Shown piece by piece: positions 1 to 13,740 of a stretch of 64,000 nucleotides of DNA. Below the pieces are notes generated by a model, which saw only the letters and a list, made by a program, of their open reading frames with translations, had not been told where the DNA came from and made no database searches. The DNA is from Chrysomallon squamiferum (Eukaryota; Animalia; Mollusca). The number at the start of each line of letters is the position of its first letter. Positions within the stretch are counted from its first letter, which is position 1. The stretch lies in the NCBI GenBank assembly GCA_012295275.1, contig CM022665.1:20708001-20772000 (forward strand), read 5' to 3'. The position numbers and the translations under genes are program-made.

Positions 1-6
1 AAAATG

Positions 7-39
<33 letters not shown>

Positions 40-725
40 TAAGCAAAAATAACAACAACAATAACTATTACAATAATAATAAAATATTATTTGATATATA
101 GCTTAACATCCGTTATCATACATAATTTTTAAAAATTTCTATAAATACTTGTTGACATATTCAAAGCATTTATTACCCCTGAAAAAATTTTTTTTTTTTT
201 TTTTTTAAAAAGAACAAAAAGAGCAGAAGAAAAGTGGTTTCTGTTACAACACTCAATACGCGATCATAAAATTTGAAAAATGATAAAAAGGAGAAATTCT
301 TTTTTCCTTTCAAAGCAGTGAAATAGAAACTGGAGAATAAAACGAATACTGTACTTTTATTAAAGAGGTATAAAAACATCGGGACTGCTGGAGGTAAATT
401 ATATCGTGCGAACGCGAAACGAACGACGATACAGGAAAAGAATCTCTTGTCATATGAAAGTAGATAACTTCAGAGCCCCTAGTATCGTTCGCTTTACGGA
501 GATCTACGACATTAAAAACTTTTCAAATATCGCTTTACGCGCCAGACAGGCGAGGTAAAGAAACGGATTGTGTTTCGTTTAAGCGATGCGACGCGAAAGT
601 CCACGAAATATTTCTCTGTACAAAGCAATGACAGTTTTCCTGTAATCAAATATGCGACAGGTATATATTTATCTAATTAGTTTTATACTGAAATGTGTGT
701 GTATGTGTGTGATTGTGTCTGTGTT

Positions 726-782
<57 letters not shown>

Positions 783-929
783 ACACACACACACACACAC
801 AGAGATAGTAATAATGTTCAGGTAAGTAAAGTTTGTAAATCCTATTCAGAACTGCAGAATTCTTTTGTTAGCATTTTTAATAAATTTGATAAATAAATGG
901 TAGATATTATCAGATGCATTTTGTAGGTG

Positions 930-1600
930 AGTTGTATAATTATGATCTCAGGTATAAAGGTGACAACGACAATGAGTTTATTCTCATAAACTGTAAACTG
1001 TTAGTTCTAAATGAACACAGATAAAAGTGAGTTGTTGTTTTTTTGGTGATTTCGGGTATAAGTGAGTTTTATATAATTATAAGTAAAAATACACGTGGGT
1101 TTTTATATAATTACAGGTACAAGTGTAGGTGAGTTTTATATAATCACGTTAAAATATAGGTGAATTTTACATAACTGCAGGTAAAGGTATAGGTGAGTTT
1201 TATATGACCACATGTTAAATTATAGATGAGATTTATATAACTGCAGGTAAAAGTATAGGTGAATTTTATATAATTACAGGTAAAAATACAGGTAAATTTT
1301 ATATAATTACAGGTAAAATACAACTACATTTTATATAATCACAGTTAAAGATACAGACAGGTTTTGAATAATGACATGTAAAACTGTAGGTGAGATTTGT
1401 ATAATTAAAGGTGAAAGTGAAGGTGAGTTTTACATGATTACAGGTAAAAATACAAGTAATTTGTATATGATTACAGGTAAAGATACAGGGTGAGTTTTAT
1501 ATAATTACAGGTATAAGTGTAGGTTAGTTTTAAATAACTACAGGTTAAAGTATAAGTGAGTTATACTAAGTCCTAGGTAAATTCTAGATAGTTACAGATA
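930..1600. repeat. Degenerate ~32-33 bp minisatellite (GTGAGTTTTATATAATTACAGGTAAAAGTATAG)
   Basis: TTTTATATAATTACAGGTAAA recurs, e.g. at 1264 and 1297. Confidence 0.8.
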
Positions 1601-2244
1601 TATTCATGAAGGTATTTAATTATAGGTAAGATAGATTTGCTGAATTATTTAATTTTCTTCTTGAAAAAACTTGCTTAAACCCTGAATAATTTAAGTTTAC
1701 TGAATAAGGATGTTTGAACGCAAAATAATAATAGAGTATTGATTCAATTAAAACAAAACGTAGACACACATAAATGAAATTGAAATAATAAAATACTAGT
1801 CGTAAAGCAACAGAAAATTAATTAAAATCTTAAAATATAATAGTAATAAAGCAACGAAAAGAAATTTAAAATCAACTTGATAATAATCCATTTGTATATA
1901 CTGAACTGGGATCGTACATGGATATTAAAAGAGTAGTACCATTTGAAAATAATTAAATCTAAAACAATATTAAAATTATTAAACGTAGAAAAGTCATTTT
2001 AAGACATGTTCGATATTACAGTCACGGGTTGCAGAGTGTTACAACAAACACGACAGTAAAACGAATAATGCAGGCTGTTTAACAAACACGCCACACACTC
2101 TTAACTATTAATCTTGACTTTTTAAATCAACGTTCTGTTTGTGACACTTTTATTGGTTAATTCACACCTATTCACTGCCACACTTTATATTTAATTAACA
2201 CCTGTCAATAACCAGTTTCATTGGCTGCGGCAGTAAACAAAGGT

Positions 2245-2655
2245 AAGTAGGTGAACAACTGAGTATAATCATACGAAGGTGAGCAACTGAATAAAATTAC
2301 AGGTAAATTTGTTGTGAGTAATTAGGTATAATCACAGGTAAATCTGTACTGTGTAACTGAGTATAAGTACAGGTAAAATTTGGAGTTGGGTAATTGAGTA
2401 TTGTCACAGGTAAATTTGAAGTGAGTAATGGAGTAAAATCACAGGTAAATTTGTAGTAAGTAATTGAGTATAATCACAGGTAAATTTGTAGTAAGTAATT
2501 GAGTTTAATTACAGGTAAATTTGAAGTGAGTAATTGAGTATAATCACAGGTAAATTTGTAATGAGTAACTGAGTATATTCACAGGTAAATCTGTAGTGAG
2601 TAATTGAGTATAATCACAGGTAAATCTATAATGAATAATTGAGTAAAATCACAGC
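2245..2655. repeat. 35-bp minisatellite (TAATTGAGTATAATCACAGGTAAATTTGTAGTAAG)
   Basis: About 11 copies with a direct period of 35 (2461 to 2496). Confidence 0.85.
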
Positions 2656-2682
2656 TCAAATTAATACCGTACCAGTCTAGTC

Positions 2683-2684
<2 letters not shown>

Positions 2685-2760
<76 letters not shown>

Positions 2761-2842
2761 TTTTAATTTGCTTAAGAATAAAAATATTGTGAGAGATCCA
2801 ATTCAGTAGTAAGAATTTTACATCACAACATCGTTTTTCTTT

Positions 2843-2900
<58 letters not shown>
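2685..2900. repeat. (AG)n and (CT)n microsatellites in inverted orientation
   Basis: (AG)n at 2685-2757 and (CT)n at 2844-2900. Confidence 0.95.
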
Positions 2901-2903
<3 letters not shown>

Positions 2904-5299
2904 GTCATTTATAAACAAAATCCAAGGATTTAATGAAAACATAATCCAGAATGTGTATCAAGTGAGCCAAAAATCTTTATATATGGCGGAGTTTGATATA
3001 TACAGTTAATTTCAAAATCTCAGCTGATGAATGAGTTTTGGTTGGGTGTTTTTTTTTCATAATAAAATTGAAAAAACTCACATCAAGTATCGACTTGGCA
3101 ATGATATATTATTTAATTTGAAAAATTAAAATATAAATAAAATTATCAAAATCTGGCTCATATGTAACTGTGAAATTGCGAAAACTGAGTCAGGGTTTGA
3201 CTTGCAACAACATATGTTCAAATTAGCATTGAAGATGAACGTCATGATAACGTAATTATTTTTTTTTTTAACATGGAAAAAGCTACATAAGTACCTCATC
3301 TCCAACTACTGCTGCAGCAGCAGCAGTAAAAAATAAAAGAAATTAAAGAAATAAATAAATAAAAATTATGATTTTATGAAAGCTGAAGATTTTTTTTTTT
3401 TTGTTATTAAACCCAAAAAAAAAAAACAACACTTTTCTGAATGCCTAATTGGTGCAGTTAATCAAGTTTGTTCACGATTTTTTATAATTAGCAATATGCA
3501 ACCAGACACATCGTCACAAACACAAAAGCTGTGAAGAAAGCACTAATATCAAAATTAAGATTTATGACTATCGGAATATCAATATCATCATAAATAAATA
3601 TCCCCATATGATTTAATCACTCATTTGATGGTCAGAATGATGTGTATTTCTTTGTCACATCAAACTGTACAGTTTAAAACTGATAGGTTTCTAACTGTAC
3701 AAATATACAAAGTCATGTTTTGTAATGTACGTTTTAACATGCTAGGTCTAAGAAAGGAAAGATAATCCAAGTTGTTGGTAAACCTGAATTATCACCCACC
3801 CGTGTCTGAAATTCGTAACACCGGTGTCAGCTTATTAGTGTGTTTAAATATTTCCCTTCCCAGCATTCAGTGGGAAATATCTTCCTTGTTCACGTATGCG
3901 ATATTAATAATATTTTTAAAAATTAAAGTTTACATTATTTAAAAAAATATATCGTAAGAGTATTAAAATTGACGTGTAGATTTAATGAAAAAAATAATAA
4001 TAACAAAGTTTTAATGAAAAAAACAATGAAATAACTAGTTTTAATTTAAACAATCAAACAACAAAGGTTTAATTTAAACGATCAAATAACAAGTTTTATA
4101 AGTAATAAATTATTTAAATAAAATTCAGTAACAATAAAAGTCAACAATAAGATGTAAGAGGCAATTTGTAACCAATCCAGTTACAGTTTTAAGAGATAAA
4201 ATGAACTCGTAACTCGGACCTATTCAAATGTTACTTTATCAAGTAATTATCAAACAAAATTTGTTAATATCTAATTAGTCAGCGTAGGTTTTATAAGATT
4301 CCAAAAATAAACTGGCTGTATTTAAATTATCATTGAACATTTTTAAAAAGTATTAATTAAATTGATCAGCATTATACATTTAAAAAAAAAAAAAAAAAAA
4401 AAAAACAACAACAACATATTAACAAATAATAAAGTAAAATGTGTAAGTTGTAAAATATAAATAATTAAGTGAAGCATATACACTGTAAAATGAAGTATTA
4501 ATAATTAAGTCAAGTTTATTAAGTGTAAAACCAAAATTTTAATATTAAAGTGAAGAATATAAACTGAAACATAAAATATTAATAACTAAGTAAAGTTTAC
4601 AAATTTGTCAAAATAAAACTATTAACAATTAAATGATGTTTATGAACTATAAACAGCTAAGTAAATAATATAAACTGTGAAATAATAAACTTCTTTTTTT
4701 TTGATAACAACAAAAACCACGCATAGCTTACTTGGACTTTCGCAGTTTTCACAACACTGGGGATCGCCGTTCTTCGGATAAATAATAATTTTCATAGCGG
4801 GAGCTACGTGATGCCTACAGCATACACAGTGTGACCAACGTTGTGTGAGGTAGCTGTGCCACTAGGTACCGTTAGACAAAAATCACCTTTTAATGTTTCC
4901 ACTTTTTCCCTTGTTACTGAAAAACACAGAATGACTATAGAAACCATCGAAGCGTAAAAGGACAAGAAACAGTGTATCATATTCTGGTTCCCTCTCAATG
5001 ACGAAGCTCAAAGGTGATCATTCGTAACTGTTTTGTCCTTACAAAAAAAAAAATTCCGAAAATTATCTCTAAAATCTAGATGTAACAAAGAGTGTCTAAA
5101 TCATACTATTATATTGTTTACATGGTTTTATCTCTGTGGACGTCGCGGTGGGAGATGTAGGCAGGCGAGAAACGTTGTGTTTAGCATACAAAACAAAAGT
5201 ATTTGGTGTGCGTGAGAGTTAGTACAGGCACGAAAACGTAACACGAGCTAACTGTTTTATAATCCCGATAGCGTGTAAAACAAAAACCTATGTGAAATA

Positions 5300-6160
5300 A
5301 CTCTTATATATCACAGCGTATATCTCTGTGTAGTAAAAATAACTATTATATATCACAGTGTGTATCTGTGTACTGTTAAAATAACTATTATATATCACAA
5401 TGTGTATATGTGTACTGTTAAAATAACTATTATATAATCACAATGTGTATCTGTGTACTGTTAAAATAACTATTATATATCACAATGTGTATATGTGTAC
5501 TGTTAAAATAACTGTTATATATCACAATGTGTATATGTGTACTGTTAAAATAACTGTTATATATCACAATGTGTATATGTGTACTGTTAAAATAACTATT
5601 ATATATCACAATGTGTATATGTGTACTGTTAAAATAACTATTATATATCACAATGTGTATATGTGTACTGTTAAAATAATGCATATATTACAATGTGTAT
5701 CTGTGTAGTTAATTATGTATAACGGTGTGTATCTGTGTACTGTTAAATAACTATTACATATCACGGTGTGTATCTGTGTACTGTTAAATAACTGTTATAT
5801 ATCACAGTGTGTATCTGTGTACTGTTAAAATAACTATTACATATCACAGTGTGTATCTGTGTACTGTTAAAATAAATATTATATATCACGGTGTGTACCT
5901 GTGTACTGTTATATATCACGGTGTGTATCTGTGTACTGTTAAATAACTATTACATATCACAGTGTGTATCTGTGTACTGTTAAAATAACTGTTATATATC
6001 ACAGTGTGTATCTGTGTACCGTTAAATAACTATTATATATCACAGTGTGTATCTGTGTACTGTTAAATAACTATTACATATCACAGTGTGTATCTGTGTA
6101 CTGTTAAAATAACTGTTATATATCACAGTGTGTATCTGTGTACCGTTAAATAACTATTAT
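5300..6160. repeat. 41-42 bp minisatellite (GTGTATMTGTGTACTGTTAAAATAACTATTATATATCACA)
   Basis: About 20 copies; explains the 14-aa periodic ORFs 5430..5708. Confidence 0.93.
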
Positions 6161-7107
6161 AAATTATAAATTCAAAACCGACTAATAATCATATATCCTT
6201 GTTTTTATTATTATATGATATTTCAGTTTTAATACGAATTCTTAAAATTTGCCTTTCAACAACAATAATAACAATAACAACAACAACAACAAAAAGCTAT
6301 TTAAAGCTTTCATTACTTTGGCACCATATTCTGCAAATAAGAAAATTATTATAGAAAAAAAATTACGTCCATAGCAATCTTACTCTTACATTTTTTCCAA
6401 TACAAGAAGAAAAACTAAATTTATATCATCAGTGGCCGAAATATTACCATGAAGAATTCAAACAGTTGATGTCAAAAATGTTTCTGAACGGAATCTCACC
6501 TAATTTGCTCAGTTACAAAATCTTCGTGAGATTTTCAATCGTTCATTAACATTTAGTTATATACATTTAGTAGTTACCAAGTTTTTATTACAAATGTGAT
6601 TAGTCATTCATTATACTGCGTTGTATCAAAAGTCTGGAGCGTGTTTCAATAGCTGACGTTTGCGCTTGATTTCGTTTAACACTTGATCGAAATACGCGAC
6701 GTATGTATGTATATATCAATATGTGCATCTATATCTATCTACCTATCTCTCTGTCCATATCTATCTATCTAGATAAATACAACTTAAATACATATATACA
6801 CGCATACATTTGCACACACATACACACACGCGCGCGCGCGCATATATATATTCTGAAAGGTAAACAAAATGGCATATTTGTGGTTGAATACATTTATGTA
6901 CAGATACCTTAATACAGTGTTTGAATTTCACTTAAAAACAAATATAAAGCAAATAAATAAAAAAAAAAAAACACTACGAGCTTTTGTTCAAACCCAATAA
7001 ATTAACTAACTTTTGTTAAAATACAGCATTAATTAGGTAAATTTCATTAGTTAAAAATTAACCTAATATTTGTTAATACATATTCGGCAAAACACAGGAT
7101 TAAATCG

Positions 7108-7138
<31 letters not shown>

Positions 7139-8293
7139 TTGTTATATACATCGTTGGTAAAATTCAAGAAGTATAACCGCTGAGTATAAAACTGAACTGT
7201 TTGCCACGACTTTCTTGTACAGGTTATTTCTTCCTGGTTTACAGTACTGACAATGTTACTGGTTTGGTTTCAGGTGTGTGGACACACACTACATGAATTT
7301 CCCCATTTGTGAAAAACAAACCCATTAGAGTTTTAATTTCGTGTTTGCGTTCCATACGAACAGTTAGACGCTATTTAAATGATAATCATTTTAATGAGAT
7401 GTTAATTAATTAATATAATTATTTATGATATCGTAAGAGAGATGACTTTTTCGCAATCCAACGGAGTTTTTTGAAAATATAAAGTAAAGAATTATCAAGA
7501 GTAGTTTTTCTTTTCAAGATTTCAAAAACACCGATCATTTAAAAAAAAAAAAAAAAAAAAAAAAATTACCGAAATAATAGCTTATATATTAATTCTAACT
7601 AAAAATAAAATAAAATAAAATAAAGAATTATGAAGTAAAGAAAAAATTAAATTAAAATGAAGTTAACTAAACGAGAACAGAAAATGTACAAAATCGTGTC
7701 CACTGAAACACGTCCAAGGCGCAGCTCACGAACGTATCCACCATTCGTACTAATCCAGGATTAGTAACAGTTCTCTGTAACAGATATCCAGATTACAGTG
7801 ATCAAGTGAAATTACCGGAGTTAATACAATTATTCTTAATTTACCTGTGTACAGAAAATGATTTTGTACTCATGAAATCTGTTAATAATTATTGCTCTCC
7901 ATCGTTTGCCTATTTTCTCATCCTCGCTTTCTGCCACTTCATTGCAGAACGTCATCTTCATATCATCGAAAATAATTTTTATAATCTCACTAAATTGTGA
8001 TAGAGAGAGCTCAGTTTCACAAACAGGCATGCCTTGATGTCGTTTACATCGTGCAGTACAACAGAAAGGAAACCCGACCACTGAAATGTGATATGATAAT
8101 GACGGGATGATGATGAAAACAACTAAATTATGAATATCCAACATTCGGTTTATATTGAACATCCACATGAAAACTGTTGTGACAAAAAAAAAAAGACAAA
8201 AAAAAAGTAAATTTGATTTGTTCGTGTCTTTTAATAATTAATTGCTATCATAATTATATTATAGTGTTGTTATTATCAGCCTACTACAACTGC

Positions 8294-8324
<31 letters not shown>

Positions 8325-8340
8325 ATTATTGTTGTTGTTG

Positions 8341-8377
<37 letters not shown>

Positions 8378-10938
8378 TGTTAATATTATTATTATTGTTG
8401 TTTTTCTTCTTCCTTTTATTGTTATCATCATCATCATTTATTTATTTATTTATAAAGAAAATCATTATTTAACATTTTTGCTCTTATATGTTGCACATTC
8501 TATAAAATACATATTTAAGTATGTAATATAAAAAGTTTGATAAATCATCATTCGCATAATAAAGTTGTTAGGAATTTTTCAACAGCAAAACTCTTTTTAC
8601 ATATTACATCATGAGCACTTAATAACTAAATTATTATAGTGATCATGTATTATTATTTAATTTTCATAGTTGTAATTTCCTTGTCTATATTATAAAATAA
8701 TTTATTCTAAATAAATAAATCATTTTATTCAGAATATGTCACTTCCAGTCCCTGTCATGTACTTTCATACACAACACAGCATACAAAAGATGCACTGAGA
8801 TATTGTTTTCAGCGTTGATGGTTTTAAAAGCAACTTCATGTCATTTTCCTCACAGAAGTAAACAGCAATGCATCTTTTGTGTTCATGCAGATGCACCAAG
8901 AAGACAGCAAATGTAACAAAAAAGACCATAGTAAAGAACTGATCCCATGTGCTTCTACTCATCATTTGAAAACTTCAACCATGTCTGTGTTTCTTTATGT
9001 TAATATGTCACAGTTTAATATAACCTGAACTAAAATCCTCATTCAGTTATGAAAAGATTTTTCTGTTGAACTTCTTTTCTTTCCTTGTTTTTTGGTTGTT
9101 TTTTTCTGTTTTATTTTTTGTATTATTATAATATATTTTTTTTAAAACATTTGTTGTTGTACTCTTCCTGTTATACATCAAAATATTTTTGTGCATTTTC
9201 ATCAGAATGAAAGCAGTGAGGGTAAACACAAGGACATTGATCTACAGGTGACGGTCATGAAATACCTCCACAGGTGATACAGGTGACAAAAAAAAGTAAG
9301 AAACAAAGTGTGAAGAAATAATTTGTATGTAAACATAAAGGCAAGTGATTCCCTGGGATCTAGTGTAATTAGTTCCAACAAGGAAATTAGCTACGTCTGT
9401 GATCACAGAGAAAGACATCACGTCATCATTGTTGATCTTCAACATTCACAGCGGCAGTGTTCAACAAGCAGCGGTATTAAAGGTTTAATATACTTGTCTA
9501 CAACAACATCGTAGATGGAACAGACATGTTTTATACAAACAGCAACAGCGGGGATTACCACCACAGCTGGGGAAATTTTTCAGTTTATTTGAAGACTTTA
9601 AAAACATGGTAATTTAGCAAGTGCCCTCTTGATTTCCAGATGAATGGCTGCATCAAAGTCTTGTACAGCACAGACGGTGGCTGGTAAGCCTCAGTATTGG
9701 TAGGAAAACAGAAGAAGCAGTGTGAAGCCAATTAAAAGATTAACTCATTGTAACAGTTTTGTATGACCACAGAGCTCACCAGCGTAAACACACCAAGATA
9801 AAATTGAAAACAGATCCGTAGTTATGACAGGAAGAAATGCCAGGTACTGAGTCTACACTTGTTAATCAAATGTTACATTTCATTGTAGTGACATTTTTTT
9901 TTTTCAATCTTCAGAGTAACTCTTTTATTTTCTTAAAAAAGATTATTTTTTTTTAAAAAGGAGAGAAAAGAAAACTGTAAGCAACATGATAAATAATAAT
10001 TTAACAGACTTCTGCATTCACTGCTTATCACAAACACAGTTTACATCCTTACTTTATTCTGAAAATGAAAATGTAAATTCTTTTCTTCAGTGAAAATTTA
10101 AATTCAGAAATGAAAAGGACAGGTTGATTCTTCTTACAAAAGCTCTGCAGTGGAAAGCAAACAAGAATCAGAAAAAAAATATTCAAGGAATTTAAAGATG
10201 CAAAATATTTGTATGGAACTTTTAAAATCTCTCTTTCATCTCTTTCAGTGACTTGATAGCTTTGACTTTTTCATTATTATTATATCTTATTACATTGAGT
10301 ATCACATGTGAGAGATATGAAATAAAAAATACTTGAAGAGTTTGGTTTATTTTAGTAAATATTTACAAACAGGACAGGTCGTACCACAAACTTTAAAGAC
10401 ATTGAGTAAACTATATGATAAAATACAGTTATATACTAGAATGTAGAGAGTTTTGTCTACTATTTATCTACAACAGTAAACTGTAGGAAATGTATGACTG
10501 TTACAATGAAAAATTTGGTATTCCTCCTTTTGGATAACAATACACTTAGCATTTAGGGTTTAAATACACAGACAGCCAGCCTCACACACACTCATATATA
10601 CACATACCATACACAAACAAACACACACACACACACATACACATGTATGTACTCTTAAATGCAGAAACACTCACATACACACATATACACTCTTACACAT
10701 ACACATTCACACACTCTTAAAGTAACATATATATATATATATATATGTTTTACTAACCAGGCAACAAGTATGTGATGAAAGAAAGCCTATCAATTTTCTT
10801 TGAGAAGAATTAAAAATTATTTTAGATTTCTTAGATATTTCAATATTTAAATGTTATCACTTTAAAGTGATACTACTTTAAAGTGTTCCTCTTCTTAAGT
10901 TCTTATTATTTTGTCTTCTTCTTCTGATGATGATGATG

Positions 10939-10970
<32 letters not shown>

Positions 10971-11905
10971 GACAATAATCAAATGTCATTAATAATGTTA
11001 GATTCTATAATGATAATAACATTAACAGAAACTATAATAACAATAATAATAATAATGATGGTAAAGTTAATGATAATGATAATAATACTAATGATGATGA
11101 TGATAATGATCATAATAATAATAATAATAATATTAATAATAATAATAGTGATAATAATAAGAAGAAGAAGAAGAAGAAGAAAAAGAGGAAAAGTTATATG
11201 AAACAGCCACAATAAACCGAGAATATTTTGTAAACATAGATTCATGAAATAATTAAGACAAAATTTAATGAACTTTCAATAGACAAAAAAAATGGCAGTG
11301 ATTAATGTATTAACTCCAGATTAGCCTTGTAAACTCTACACTCATATCATTGCATTCATTGTTTTATCAATTTTCTACAATCATGTTATCATTATTTTAC
11401 ACTCAAAAAAAATAACAATCACAACCTTAAAAATTAAAACATTATTTATACCATAAAATCTATAAAGTGACACTTAGTTTTTATTTTAAATCTTGATTAT
11501 CAAGCTGAATCTGATGATAAAATTTTCAATTGATTTCGAATCCACAAGCTGTTGGTTATTAAATGTTTTTCATTCTGCAGAGAGCTAACAATATATTTTT
11601 TCTTTCTCTCCATTTCATTGAATATCAATACATTAATTAATAAACCACTTGTGTGTTCTGTTAGTCAGAGGCATATGTGTTCATTTCTAAGTAAGGGAAG
11701 AATTTGAGAGGTTCTTTTTTTTTGTTGTTGTTGTTGTAAAGTTGAAATGAATTAATATTAAACAAAACTTTTAAATATTAATTTCTTTCTTTTATTTTTT
11801 CAGATTTGAGCTAATTTTCTTATTTGTAAAATGAAATGAATTAATACTGACCAAAATTTTTAAATATTAATTAGTTCATTCATTTTATTATTATTATTAT
11901 TATTA

Positions 11906-11946
<41 letters not shown>

Positions 11947-13544
11947 CATTATTTCTTTTTTTTCTTTTTTTTAAGACAAAATTAAATAATATCAAAATAA
12001 AAACCTGGTAATAAAAAAGAAATCACGAGAAAATTCTATTTTTCGAAAGAATGGGAACATGCATACAAATCTATTATTAACATAAATAATATTTTGTAAG
12101 ATGAAAGAACACATTACAGAGATTTAAACATTCATCTTGTAACTGGCATGACAGCACATAACATTATTTTCTGACTAAACATTAAACTTAACCAGAATTA
12201 CTAAGACACTCCATATCTCAAAAAAACTGTAAGATTTATTAATGATGCATTCATCATATTTAATCAATAGTTACAAGTGTTGTACCTGTAATCCAGAGTA
12301 CAGATATCATCAGTATAAGATATTTTGTATATGCCTCCTCACAAAAGAACAAAAGATTTAGTTGAATATTTTATAAAAGAAATATTTTATTTTCATTGAC
12401 AGAATATTTAAAACTCATTAGTATGTAATGCCATACTACTGAACATAAAACATCCTATATTCTTTTAACATTTTTGTTTATTTATTTATTTATTTATTTA
12501 TTTGGTTTTGTATATATATAACTACTACAACAAATATTATTCTTTAATCTTGATTATAATTTGAATTTCTAAGCTGTTTCAGCAAAATTCTATATGACTA
12601 TTATCAGTAAGCTGTATATAATAAAATGCTGAGGATATCCTTTTGTGATGTCATTACTGCTGGGGGAGCTATCTTTTGATTGCTACCGTTATTGATTTAT
12701 ATTTTTATGCTAATTAGATATTGTATTTATCTTTTCTCTTTGCCCAAAAAGCAATACCTGTCACTGTTTGATAACTTAGAATATAAACATAAGCCCCCAG
12801 TAATTTTCATTGAAACCTAACATTATTCATATTGTTATTTTTATTTTTATTATTATTATTATAACATTTGGTTAGACATAAAAGAATATATTTATACAGG
12901 ATGTGATTTATGAGTCCAAACCTGCTCTGAACAGTAAGTTGTTTTAAATCGTCAAATGTCAACAACAATGAATAAGTTAGAATGACAGTAACAAAACTAC
13001 TTCTGTATGAAAACGATTTCAGCAAACCAGTGTGAATTTTTAATTTGTGTGTAAAAAAAATTATTTTATCAATAGTGAGATAAAACAGAATTAGTAAGAC
13101 ATAGAACATATATTAATAGTAAGATTATGTGGAATTAATGAGACATAGAACTTATATCAACAAGAAGATTAAAAAGGTTTTAGTGAGGCATAGAACATTA
13201 CTCCTCTACGTGTTTAGATAATTAAACTGCTGATATTGGGCTTTTTAAACATTTACTTCTAACCAATTCATTATTTTCTGTATCAAATAACCTTGAAAAG
13301 AAAAAGAAATTTGTTTAAGAAAATGGCTTACTCAACATTTCTAATGAAAAAAAAAAAACCTGTTAATTTTAACATTAGGTAACAAAAATGCTATTTTAAA
13401 TAAAAGAATCAATTAATGAAAATAAATACATAAATAAAAATATAAATAAATAAGAAAAACAGACAATTAAAAAAAGTGCCAGATGTTAAATGTCTCTTGA
13501 GCTTCACAATACACAGTGACAGAGCATAGCTGCATACTGGAGCA

Positions 13545-13740
13545 GCTATACATAGATATATGATGGTGTGGGTATATATAGATATATGAGAGAGAAGGTA
13601 CAGACAGATATATGATGGAGAGGGTATGTATAGATATATGACAGAGAGGGTACACACAGATATATGATGTAGAGGGTACACAGAGAGATATGATAGAGAG
13701 GGTACACACTAATATATGATGCAGCAGTACACACAAACAC
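13545..13740. repeat. ~26-bp degenerate tandem repeat (AGAGAGGGTACACACAGATATATGAT)
   Basis: About 7 copies visible. Confidence 0.75.

Noticed and set aside
10855-10872. 18-bp perfect palindrome TATCACTTTAAAGTGATA
   Set aside because: Isolated and AT-rich, with no supporting context.
10911-11245. Low-complexity ORFs (also 26559-26895, 36681-37972, 53808-54155, 59096-60174)
   Set aside because: Translations of (AAT)n, (TATG)n and (AG)n microsatellites.
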